Positions 37,047 through 45,168 of a stretch of DNA of 64,000 nt are shown here, one piece after another. Positions within the stretch are counted from its first letter, which is position 1, and each line of letters begins with the position of its first letter. The notes beneath the pieces are model-generated. The model saw nothing but the letters and a program-made list of their open reading frames with translations. It was not told the origin of the DNA and searched no databases. Both the position numbers and the translations under genes were made by a program. The stretch is from Vitreimonas sp. (GTDB lineage: Bacteria > Patescibacteriota > Microgenomatia > UBA1400 > PJMF01): the NCBI GenBank assembly GCA_035627515.1, contig DASPLQ010000012.1:842331-906330 (forward strand), written 5' to 3'.

Positions 37047-37221
37047 ATAGCTTAGATGCCTTTAAGAAGGTTCATTAGTAGGCGTGAAAAAAGGGTTTTA
37101 TCTTTTTTTGTTTGATAGTGGTTGCTCAAAAAGTGGATTTTGTCTGCGTTGTATGATTTTTGCCAATATTCATACAAGGAAAAAAACAAGAGCTTTAGTT
37201 TAAGGGTTCCCCAGTAAGGTG

Positions 37222-38814
37222 TTATTGAGCGACGCGTCGACAGTGCTCCACACTAATAATCCCAAACTGGTGTGGCTCGCCACAGCTCACCCCTTGGGTC
37301 ATTTCCGCATACCAAGGATCAAAGAAAATAGTTTTAGTGCCGTGAAAGGGTTCATAAAGCAAAAAGTATTCTTGATGTTTAGCCTCAACTTGAAAATCAA
37401 CTGGCCTCTCGCCTTGGGTGCGAGCCAGCCATTCATTGAGATATTGATAATTGATGGGCACCAAATTTGGCACTCGGGCGGCGATGGCAATCGGCTCGGT
37501 AGTGGTCATAGTGCGGATGTTACGAAGAGCTCGGAGTTGATGCCCAATGGTGTACTGCAAGGTGCTGGGATGATAAATAGCACTGACGTAGTGCCAGGTT
37601 CCCAAACTCCACAACATGATCATGATGACGCTAGCTGTTTTACGCCACGGATAGCGATGTAAAGCAAAAATGAGGGCCATAATAATTGGTAAATAATGGG
37701 CAGTAATGTAGTAATTAAAGAAATAACCATAATTTCCCCGGTGAAGTAGCATGCCCACTAAGGGAGAAATCACCAACAACAGTACGAACCATTCATGTTT
37801 GGTTTTGCGAAGCTGCACCGCTAAGTAGGTTAGGAGACTAATGACCAACCAGACCCCAAGTTTAGAAAGAGTCTGTAAAGCAAATAATGTGTTTTGGAGC
37901 TCAGCAAACATCAGGAGTGGTCGCTCACGCCAAATCTGCATTAAGGGGACTTGTTTAGATGTATCTGACATTTCTTTTAGCAAAGAGTTGGTCATCAAAA
38001 ATTGATTCCGGAACTCAAATAAGGCTTGGGGGGCTACCGTGACAGCAAAAGCTACACACCCGATGATGAGCGTTTGCCACGAGAAAATGGATGAAGCTTT
38101 GGTCTGTGTCCACCGATTTCGAATCAGCGTATATAGTGGAGAATGAATAAATACCCACCAGCCCACTACCGGAGCTAAAAAGATGGCGTAGGCAAACTCT
38201 GTTTGTAAACTCAGGCCATAGCAAAAAAGGCCCAGTGCCAGCCACAGTGGTTGCCAGCGGCTAGAGCGGATCGAGGTGAATAACGACCATGTCATCAGAA
38301 TTAACACTGGAGCTACCCACGAAGGGTTCCAGATGTTTCGGGCTTGGCTTAAGGCACCAGGGGTGAGAGCAAATAAAACGAGTGCTAACCATGCTAGATA
38401 AGGCTTAACAAATGGTTTGAGGGTGTAATATAAAACCGGCAAAGTCGCTACGATAATAAACATTTGCCATATGACCACCCCGATGGGGCTGCCATTACTG
38501 ATAATGAACCCAGGCAGCAAGGCATAATAGAAAAAGGGTCCTAAGAAAAAGCCAGGTAAGCCAGTAGTCGGCCCAATCAAGGTCACGTCGCCGCGGGTGA
38601 TTTGTTGCAAGACATACATGTCTCGACCTTGGTCATAACTAAAAATCATGAGTTCGGAGATGTTGTAAACTCGAAGCAAAAAGGCGGCCAGACAGAGAGC
38701 CAAGAGAAGTAAGTTTTCACGCGTGAAAAGTGAAGACAGTTTATTGAGCATAGGTGCTGGCGACTTCGGCCAGGGCTTCTTTAATACTATGAAGTTTGAA
38801 ATCGAGTTGGCCAA
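37222..38814 (-). CDS. ArnT/PMT-like GT-C membrane glycosyltransferase (about 510-530 aa)
   Basis: ~12 TM segments; first loop FSYDQGRDMYVLQQITRGDVTLIGPTTGLPGFFLGPFFYY, paralogous to 29844..31373. The start may be the internal Met at ~38751. Confidence 0.55.
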   Translation of the reverse strand: MANSISNFIVLKKPWPKSPAPMLNKLSSLFTRENLLLLALCLAAFLLRVYNISELMIFSYDQGRDMYVLQQITRGDVTLIGPTTGLPGFFLGPFFYYALLPGFIISNGSPIGVVIWQMFIIVATLPVLYYTLKPFVKPYLAWLALVLFALTPGALSQARNIWNPSWVAPVLILMTWSLFTSIRSSRWQPLWLALGLFCYGLSLQTEFAYAIFLAPVVGWWVFIHSPLYTLIRNRWTQTKASSIFSWQTLIIGCVAFAVTVAPQALFEFRNQFLMTNSLLKEMSDTSKQVPLMQIWRERPLLMFAELQNTLFALQTLSKLGVWLVISLLTYLAVQLRKTKHEWFVLLLVISPLVGMLLHRGNYGYFFNYYITAHYLPIIMALIFALHRYPWRKTASVIMIMLWSLGTWHYVSAIYHPSTLQYTIGHQLRALRNIRTMTTTEPIAIAARVPNLVPINYQYLNEWLARTQGERPVDFQVEAKHQEYFLLYEPFHGTKTIFFDPWYAEMTQGVSCGEPHQFGIISVEHCRRVAQ

Positions 38815-39631
38815 TCAACTTTTCACAATTGAGTGCGGTATTTCGTTGGTACGGTCGTTGGGTGCTTTTTAAATACTCGTTTATGTCACCTTTTTTGACC
38901 ACTTTGTTTAAGTAAAGTGCTTCATTAATAGCGGACGCGAAGTCATAATCATTCCAGCTTTCATTGTTGGTAGTATGAAATAAACCCTCTGTATTTGTAC
39001 GAATTACCCAGTCAATGACTTTGACAAAATCATCAATATACGTAGGCCCAAAGAAATGGTTAGTAAATTGGGGATACAGGGTTTCTTGTTTTAATCCGGC
39101 AATAATACGATGGACGGCATCCAGCTTGGGAAACTCATCGGACCGAAATGGTTGATCAATTCTTAAAATAGTCCACGGGACAGTAGCTTTTTGGACCACT
39201 TCCTCGGCCCAGACTTTGGTTTGACCATACCATTCAATCGGGGAAGTAGGGTCAGTTTCTAAGTACGGTGCGGCTTTGTTACCATCAAAGACATAGGCGG
39301 TGGAGATGTGAATTATGTGTTTATTGGTGGCTTCAGCAGCTTTGACGATATTTTCAGTGCCAACCACATTTACTTGGTAGGCGATGCTCGTTTTGTCACC
39401 AGTTTGTTGCCAGGCACCGGTGACGTCAGTATAAGCAGCAAAGTGAACAACGTGGGTCGCAGCACTGTCTTGAAAGGCTTGGAGTACCTGTGAATAGTCA
39501 GTAATGTCAGTGGGGGCGGTAGGATGTGCTCGGTCCAAGTTTACGAAATCATATTTGTCTTCGAAGTCGGTGGCAAGTTTGGAGCCAACGAGGCCATTTA
39601 AACCGGTAGTGATGAGGGGAAGTTTTGGCAT
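38741..39631 (-). CDS. rmlD: dTDP-4-dehydrorhamnose reductase
   Basis: 296 aa; N-terminal GLNGLVGSKL Rossmann motif; YGQTK active site; RmlD substrate-binding-domain-like C-terminus. Confidence 0.8.
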   Translation of the reverse strand: MPKLPLITTGLNGLVGSKLATDFEDKYDFVNLDRAHPTAPTDITDYSQVLQAFQDSAATHVVHFAAYTDVTGAWQQTGDKTSIAYQVNVVGTENIVKAAEATNKHIIHISTAYVFDGNKAAPYLETDPTSPIEWYGQTKVWAEEVVQKATVPWTILRIDQPFRSDEFPKLDAVHRIIAGLKQETLYPQFTNHFFGPTYIDDFVKVIDWVIRTNTEGLFHTTNNESWNDYDFASAINEALYLNKVVKKGDINEYLKSTQRPYQRNTALNCEKLIGQLDFKLHSIKEALAEVASTYAQ

Positions 39632-39636
39632 AAGTG

Positions 39637-40020
39637 TTACACATTGGCCAGGTGAGAAGATTTAGAAATATTATTATTAAATTCACTGAGAATATCGACC
39701 AGCCTTACCGCAGTGGCTCGCACGCCACCGGTAGTCTCATAGACTGGTAAACATTCGCGCATAAAAGCAATCAGTAAGGAAGTTTCAAGAAAAAAATCAG
39801 GGTTGTCATCGGGGTTGGTAGGAGAAACCTCTCGTTTGAGAAGAAAAAAACTATCAACATGTGAATGCGTGGGAGGTGAACTGAAGATCACTTTATCACT
39901 GGCAGGTAAGCAGTCCCACACGGCAGTAAAAACTCTGAGCAACATAGTTTCTTCGATGTGATTTTGTTCACTGATACTCACTAAGATTGGCCAATCAATA
40001 AACTTGATTTCCCTAGCCAT
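39637..40020 (-). CDS. Hypothetical protein (~127 aa) inserted between rmlD and rmlC
   Basis: Intact ORF. I take the start at MAREIKFIDWPI to avoid overlap with rmlC. No recognisable domain. Confidence 0.4.
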   Translation of the reverse strand: MAREIKFIDWPILVSISEQNHIEETMLLRVFTAVWDCLPASDKVIFSSPPTHSHVDSFFLLKREVSPTNPDDNPDFFLETSLLIAFMRECLPVYETTGGVRATAVRLVDILSEFNNNISKSSHLANV

Positions 40021-40540
40021 TTTTTGGTCCCCACATTTCAGGTAAAACGCAGTCCCAGGTAAACTTGAATTCATCAGCAGCATCATATGGATGGGATTGG
40101 AAGTTAACGACAATACTTTCGGTGGTGCCTAAAGCTTTCCAACCATGCATGATCCCGGGGGGAATTTTGAGGTAGCGAGGTTTTTGAACACCGAGGATGA
40201 CGCTGTTAGCGTGGCCAAAAGTGGGTGACCCTTCGCGAATATCTACTAAGCACACTTGGAGCTTACCACGAGTGACAGTGAATTGATCAGTATGAGTGCC
40301 GTGTAAATGCCAGCATTTGACCACTCCGGGGTCGGTGGCACTTTGATAGGCATGAAGGGTAGGAATGACTTTGCCTTCTTGGTACTCAGGCCAAGCTGTG
40401 CTCCAGAGTTCAATCACATCGCCACGATCGTCAAGGAGCGTGGTTAAATCTTTCAAAAAAGTGCCTTCAATCGTCAGGCCTTTGTGAATTTGAAATTGTT
40501 GTTGTTGTAACCACTGTTCAGTGATGTTCTGGACTTCCAT
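40013..40540 (-). CDS. rmlC: dTDP-4-dehydrorhamnose 3,5-epimerase
   Basis: Cupin motifs: DDRGDVIELW, QSATDPGVVKCWHLHGTHTDQFTVTRGKLQVCLVDIREGSPTFG, and KIPPGIMHGW. Confidence 0.88.
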   Translation of the reverse strand: MEVQNITEQWLQQQQFQIHKGLTIEGTFLKDLTTLLDDRGDVIELWSTAWPEYQEGKVIPTLHAYQSATDPGVVKCWHLHGTHTDQFTVTRGKLQVCLVDIREGSPTFGHANSVILGVQKPRYLKIPPGIMHGWKALGTTESIVVNFQSHPYDAADEFKFTWDCVLPEMWGPKNG

Positions 40541-40555
40541 ACGCTCCTTTATTAA

Positions 40556-41575
40556 TTATTTGCCATAGTTCTGCTGGAAAAAACCTTGAGCACGTTCTTT
40601 GAGTGGTCGCCACCATTCTTGGCGCATTTGATACCACTCAATAGTTCTTCTCAAGCCTTCTTCTAAGGTCACCGATGGTTGCCACCCCAGCTCGCGGTTA
40701 ATCTTTGACCACTCTACTGCATAGCGGCGATCATGACCGGCGCGATCTTTGACGAACTCAATCATCTCTTCTGATTGATTCATAATTTTAAGCATTAATT
40801 TGACGACTTCAAGATTGGAAATATCACCTACTAAGCCGCCAATGAGATACGTTTCACCTTCTTTGCCATCAGTCAGGACACGATCAATAGCTGAGCAGTG
40901 ATCTTGAACATACAACCAATCGCGGACATTGAGGCCATCTCCATAGACAGGAACTTTTTTACCTTCAATTAAGTTAGTGATCGCTAGTGGGAATAATTTC
41001 TCTGGAAAGTGGTACTCGCCATAATTATTAGAACAATTGGTGAGCGTGAATGGTAAACCGTAGGTTTCGCCATACGCGCGGACTAAGTGATCAGAACCAG
41101 CCTTACTGGCAGAATAAGGGCTACGGGGATCATATGGTGTATGTTCAGTAAATTTTGCCTCAGAACCCAGCTCCAGTGAGCCAAAGACTTCGTCAGTAGA
41201 GATGTGGTGGAAACGTTTGACCTTATTTTTTAAGGCTGCATCTAATAAAACTTGGGTGCCTAAAATATTAGTTTCCAGAAAAATGCCCGGATTTAAAATA
41301 GAGCGATCCACGTGAGATTCTGCTGCAAAATGGACGACTATATCTACCCCGGCCATCAGTGACTCCACTAGGGCACGATCATTAATACTACCCTGGACAA
41401 AACGATACTGTGGATTGCCTTCTACGTCACGCAAACTTTCCAAGTTGCCGGCATACGTGAGGGCATCTAGGTTAATAACTTTATCGCTGGGGTACTTTTT
41501 CAACCAATAATGAACAAAGTTGGAGCCAATAAAACCGGCGCCACCAGTGACGAGAAGAGTGCGAGATACTGACAT
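40556..41575 (-). CDS. rmlB: dTDP-glucose 4,6-dehydratase
   Basis: LLVTGGAGFIGSNFV...HFAAESHVDRS...TDEVFG...YSASKAGSD are the RmlB SDR motifs. 339 aa. Confidence 0.93.
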   Translation of the reverse strand: MSVSRTLLVTGGAGFIGSNFVHYWLKKYPSDKVINLDALTYAGNLESLRDVEGNPQYRFVQGSINDRALVESLMAGVDIVVHFAAESHVDRSILNPGIFLETNILGTQVLLDAALKNKVKRFHHISTDEVFGSLELGSEAKFTEHTPYDPRSPYSASKAGSDHLVRAYGETYGLPFTLTNCSNNYGEYHFPEKLFPLAITNLIEGKKVPVYGDGLNVRDWLYVQDHCSAIDRVLTDGKEGETYLIGGLVGDISNLEVVKLMLKIMNQSEEMIEFVKDRAGHDRRYAVEWSKINRELGWQPSVTLEEGLRRTIEWYQMRQEWWRPLKERAQGFFQQNYGK

Positions 41576-41598
41576 AAACGGATTATACTGTAAGTTAA

Positions 41599-41638
41599 GT
41601 AATTGAGTAATTGAGTAATTGAGTAAATAAGTAATTAG
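41599..41638 (-). repeat. Five tandem octamers (AATTACTY on the coding strand) in the rmlB 5' leader
   Basis: Plus strand reads GTAATTGA x3, then GTAAATAA, GTAATTAG; the same unit recurs upstream of rpsD at 5323-5350. Confidence 0.6.
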
Positions 41639-41808
41639 TTATTTTTGAGTTGTGGCTGTTGCTGAGCACCTTTTAATTTATAAAAATTATTACGCCATGA
41701 TTGAGCGGCACTGTGATAATAGCCGGCTGCTAAAGCCAGGACAACAATGATAATGACGAGTAAGCGCGTCACATTTTGGGCAGAGAGTGGTGGTTTAATT
41801 GTGGACAT
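41635..41808 (-). CDS. Possible small single-TM protein (57 aa), below the ORF-track size cutoff
   Basis: Hand translation: MSTIKPPLSAQNVTRLLVIIIVVLALAAGYYHSAAQSWRNNFYKLKGAQQQPQLKNN*. Overlaps the LCP stop and the octamer repeat. Speculative. Confidence 0.25.
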   Translation of the reverse strand: MSTIKPPLSAQNVTRLLVIIIVVLALAAGYYHSAAQSWRNNFYKLKGAQQQPQLKNN

Positions 41809-42955
41809 TAAGGCCTAATTTTTGAGCAACTTCTAACTTAAATTGTTCGCTGTCCCGAACCTGATATATCCATTGGTTTTGATACCGAGCGGTGAGTGGG
41901 GGATTGATTAGCACTCCCTGTGGGTCATCGGGATAAACACTCAAGCTATTGCCAGTATACGTGATCGCATCCTTGTGTGGCCATAAGCTTTTAGCGGTCG
42001 CTAGGCCTTCCTCAATACTGACAGCTCGACCAAATTGAGTCTGATAAAACTGATACAGCTGGCCTAGTTTTTTGGGTTGTTTAATCAAATTAGGATCGGT
42101 AGCCTTAGCCAAGATGGCTTTGATGACTTGCTGCTGGCGCCGGGCACGAGCATTATCGTCACCTTCATCACCCATACTATGGCGGCTGCGGATATATTTG
42201 AGAGCTGTTGCACCATTCATCGTTTGAGGCCCAGCTTTAAACTCCACAGTTTCATACAGCTTAGCAGGGTCACGCTCGGTAGTTACATCCACGTCACTGC
42301 GCGGGAAGAGTGGATCTATAAAAGCGGTTTCGACACTCACCTCGATTCCTCCCAACATATCAATAACTTGTGCCACTTGGTCCATAGATATCAAGACTGT
42401 GTGATGAATAGGTACTCCAGTTAATTGTTCAATAACTTCCTTTGAAAAGCGTTCCGGTTCAGTGGGATAACGGTCACGGCCATACGCATACAAAGCATTA
42501 ATTTTAGTTTGAAAATCTTCACTATAGATATCACGAGGCAAAGGTAAACTGCGGATCTGGCCGGTCTCTAAATTAACAGAGACCAGCATCATTGTGTCAG
42601 TTAGGGGTGGGACATCTCCCCGGGTTTGGAGGGTATCCACTCCCAGCAGTAAAACATTTTTATGATGGTTGGTGTGGATGGGAGTTTGATTCCAGCCTGT
42701 CGTCAGTGTTTGATAAAGTTGACGAGGAGTAGTGCCAGCAGCCGTGGTAAAAGTCGTCAAGCGATGGTAGGCAAAAAGAGCCACCGCCAGGAAAGTGATC
42801 GCCAGGAAAATCACTACAAATAGTAATGTCAAAAGCTGAGCGGCAATAAAAGGGTGGCGATTGATAAATCCAAGCCGTGGCTCCATATGAAGTGAGGGGG
42901 TCATACTCATCGAAGAAGTTTCGGCTGGAATCGGCGTTAGTTTTGCTTTGGCCAC
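41795..42955 (-). CDS. LytR-CpsA-Psr (LCP) family cell-wall glycopolymer ligase
   Basis: N-terminal TM anchor, then LLLGVDTLQTRGDVPPLTDTMMLVSVN and an RSRH motif, characteristic of the LCP domain. Confidence 0.85.
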   Translation of the reverse strand: MAKAKLTPIPAETSSMSMTPSLHMEPRLGFINRHPFIAAQLLTLLFVVIFLAITFLAVALFAYHRLTTFTTAAGTTPRQLYQTLTTGWNQTPIHTNHHKNVLLLGVDTLQTRGDVPPLTDTMMLVSVNLETGQIRSLPLPRDIYSEDFQTKINALYAYGRDRYPTEPERFSKEVIEQLTGVPIHHTVLISMDQVAQVIDMLGGIEVSVETAFIDPLFPRSDVDVTTERDPAKLYETVEFKAGPQTMNGATALKYIRSRHSMGDEGDDNARARRQQQVIKAILAKATDPNLIKQPKKLGQLYQFYQTQFGRAVSIEEGLATAKSLWPHKDAITYTGNSLSVYPDDPQGVLINPPLTARYQNQWIYQVRDSEQFKLEVAQKLGLNVHN

Positions 42956-43061
42956 GATGACTCATTGTACAAAATTTGTCAGCTTTGAAAAGCACAGCCT
43001 CACTAACTAGATCGTTCTGATATAATTCGGAGTAAGAAGTGTGTAGAGAAAGTCACGTCAT

Positions 43062-43943
43062 ATGATTAGAGATAGAGAGCGACTGTCCCCAAGAATTGCC
43101 AGTCCTGAAAAATTTTGGGAGTTTGGACCACTTGGTTTACTAAATTTCCTTACCAAGCCTCGCTATCAAATTGAAGTTGAGAGGAAAGAGATTATTAGAC
43201 GAGAAATGGTTAATAATCCCGGATTACACGACAGTTTCCATCCCGTTTTTGATGGTGAGGGAAAATTAGTCAAAAATGATTTAACTTCATATCCCGTCAA
43301 AGTTCTCCGAAATATTCCGGCAGGGAAGGAAATCGTTCGGGTTGACGCAGACACCATTCATGAGGAAATCCAAACAGCTTTGAATAATGCTCGCATCTCA
43401 AGAGAGCAGTTGCTCAGAGAAGGAAAATTGATTCTGTCAGATGAAATGGGTGAAGACGAAACTCAAAAAAGATGGTGTGAATTGCGTGAATTATTTATCA
43501 ATTTGGCTAAGCCCATTATCGGTTCACAGCGAGAAAATTGTTACTTTCTGAATCCAGATTTCACTCTACAAGTTCAGGTGGTAGACTTGGGCAATAACAC
43601 CGCTTCTATTCGTTTAATTGAATGGCCAAAAGGCTTTGAACCCAAGAAAAAAGAGCGAAATGTTAAAGAATTAAAACAAGATGAAAATATGCCCTGTATG
43701 AAACGCCTCTACGAAGTTGTAGTGGGAAAAGCAATAAATAGGAAAGATGGCACCAATAATTATGGAATTTCTCGAGCTGGGCAGGTGGATATAAGGGAAA
43801 CTATGGCAAGTAAAAATGGAGTGGTTTATTTCGAAAGCAGTGCTGTTGATGCTCATAACAGAGACATGCAAACCGGCAATTTTACTCTCGCTCAAAAACA
43901 AACCTTTATAGAAACTTTTGGAAAGTTACCTTTTTATGAATAA
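43062..43943 (+). CDS. Hypothetical cytoplasmic protein (293 aa); tandem paralog 1 of an unknown family
   Basis: Intact ORF; blocks of similarity shared with the next gene. Confidence 0.5.
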   Translation: MIRDRERLSPRIASPEKFWEFGPLGLLNFLTKPRYQIEVERKEIIRREMVNNPGLHDSFHPVFDGEGKLVKNDLTSYPVKVLRNIPAGKEIVRVDADTIHEEIQTALNNARISREQLLREGKLILSDEMGEDETQKRWCELRELFINLAKPIIGSQRENCYFLNPDFTLQVQVVDLGNNTASIRLIEWPKGFEPKKKERNVKELKQDENMPCMKRLYEVVVGKAINRKDGTNNYGISRAGQVDIRETMASKNGVVYFESSAVDAHNRDMQTGNFTLAQKQTFIETFGKLPFYE

Positions 43944-45141
43944 AGATCTCGCTCCACGCAAAAACCTCATTCCACAGGATCAATATTGGGGCTTAGGTTC
44001 AATTAGTTTTTTAGATTTTTTAACTAGATTGCGTTATCCAGTCAATCTCGAGGTAAATAAATTGGAAAAAACTAAGTCGGGAACTGGTGAGTTTGTGAGT
44101 AAAAGAAATGGAGTGCGCAGTATCTTAGCAGATGCGGATACTATCCATAACACGATTAAAGGAAAGCTGGCACATGATAAAGCGATGAAAGAAGCGCAGT
44201 TGAAATCAAAGTTGTTAGTTCTTGATGAGCAACCACCCGAAGGTGAAGCCGCAGAAGCAGAGATTGATAAACGTTGGCGGAGTGTAAAAGCTAAATTACT
44301 TGAAATGATCAAGCCGCTGATGCCTAATAACAAACAAAGCACTCATCAAATTGAAGTTGATGGTCAGATTCACCAGGTTCAGATTATCCCTAATAAAGAG
44401 TTACATAATGTCACCATTCGCTTTTATGCATGGCCAAAAGGATATAAGCCTAAAGAGTTAATTAGTGTTTCACGATGGAGTGAGATTGATAAAAGTGCTA
44501 TTAGCAATGCTTACGAAGTGGTGATTGTTAGAGATCCTGTTCAAAAGGACAATTGGAATAATGAGCTCGTGGTGCAATCTGCTGCCCAGGTGGATATCGC
44601 TACATCTCAGGCTAACTCTGTGTATTTTCTCAGCACACAGTTTGCCAACCTGAGTAAGTATGAGCATGAATTATCAACGGCTGAAAAGTTTGCTTTTCTA
44701 CAGAATTTTGAACACCGCGTGGAAAATGTCCATTCTTTAGTAACATATGAACATCAATTTTCCCGAGTGGTTGAGTTAATCAGAGCATATAGCAATCCTA
44801 AAGAAAAATCTCAATTAGTTATTGAAAACGATACCTCAAAAGTAACTATACAGATTAAACCTCATCTGGAAACTCAGGGCACACTATGCAAGTGGTCGGT
44901 TGATATCAATTCAACGAGTAAAAAAGATCAGATTGAGAAAATGATCACTATTGATTTAAAGCCTGCAAAAAAAGGTAAGCTGATGATTGCTCAGCCTATT
45001 ATTTTAAGAAATGGATTAGCTCAAAATCGCCAAATGTCTTCACTCGTTCCTAATTACCAAGGTGAACTCAATCGATCAGATCAACTAAAATTTGCTCAGT
45101 TTATGGCTGAGGTTTTTCCTGTTGTCTCTCACTCTAGCTAA
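43936..45141 (+). CDS. Hypothetical cytoplasmic protein (~401 aa); tandem paralog 2 with an extra C-terminal ~120 aa
   Basis: Shared blocks with 43062..43943: FWEFGPLGLLNFLTKPRY / YWGLGSISFLDFLTRLRY; DADTIH in both; KRW; IEWPKGFEPK / YAWPKGYKPK; AGQVDI / AAQVDI. Confidence 0.5.
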   Translation: MNKDLAPRKNLIPQDQYWGLGSISFLDFLTRLRYPVNLEVNKLEKTKSGTGEFVSKRNGVRSILADADTIHNTIKGKLAHDKAMKEAQLKSKLLVLDEQPPEGEAAEAEIDKRWRSVKAKLLEMIKPLMPNNKQSTHQIEVDGQIHQVQIIPNKELHNVTIRFYAWPKGYKPKELISVSRWSEIDKSAISNAYEVVIVRDPVQKDNWNNELVVQSAAQVDIATSQANSVYFLSTQFANLSKYEHELSTAEKFAFLQNFEHRVENVHSLVTYEHQFSRVVELIRAYSNPKEKSQLVIENDTSKVTIQIKPHLETQGTLCKWSVDINSTSKKDQIEKMITIDLKPAKKGKLMIAQPIILRNGLAQNRQMSSLVPNYQGELNRSDQLKFAQFMAEVFPVVSHSS

Positions 45142-45168
45142 TTTTCTAGCCTCGATTACAATTGAGGT

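Noticed and set aside
37219-37662. 147-aa plus-strand ORF
   Set aside because: Completely overlaps the C-terminal part of the ArnT-like minus-strand gene; no RBS; likely spurious.
42956-43061. Divergent promoter between the LCP gene and the unknown paralog pair (TATAAT at 43021-43026)
   Set aside because: A -10-like hexamer is present, but no convincing -35 at 16-18-bp spacing; too weak to report as a feature.
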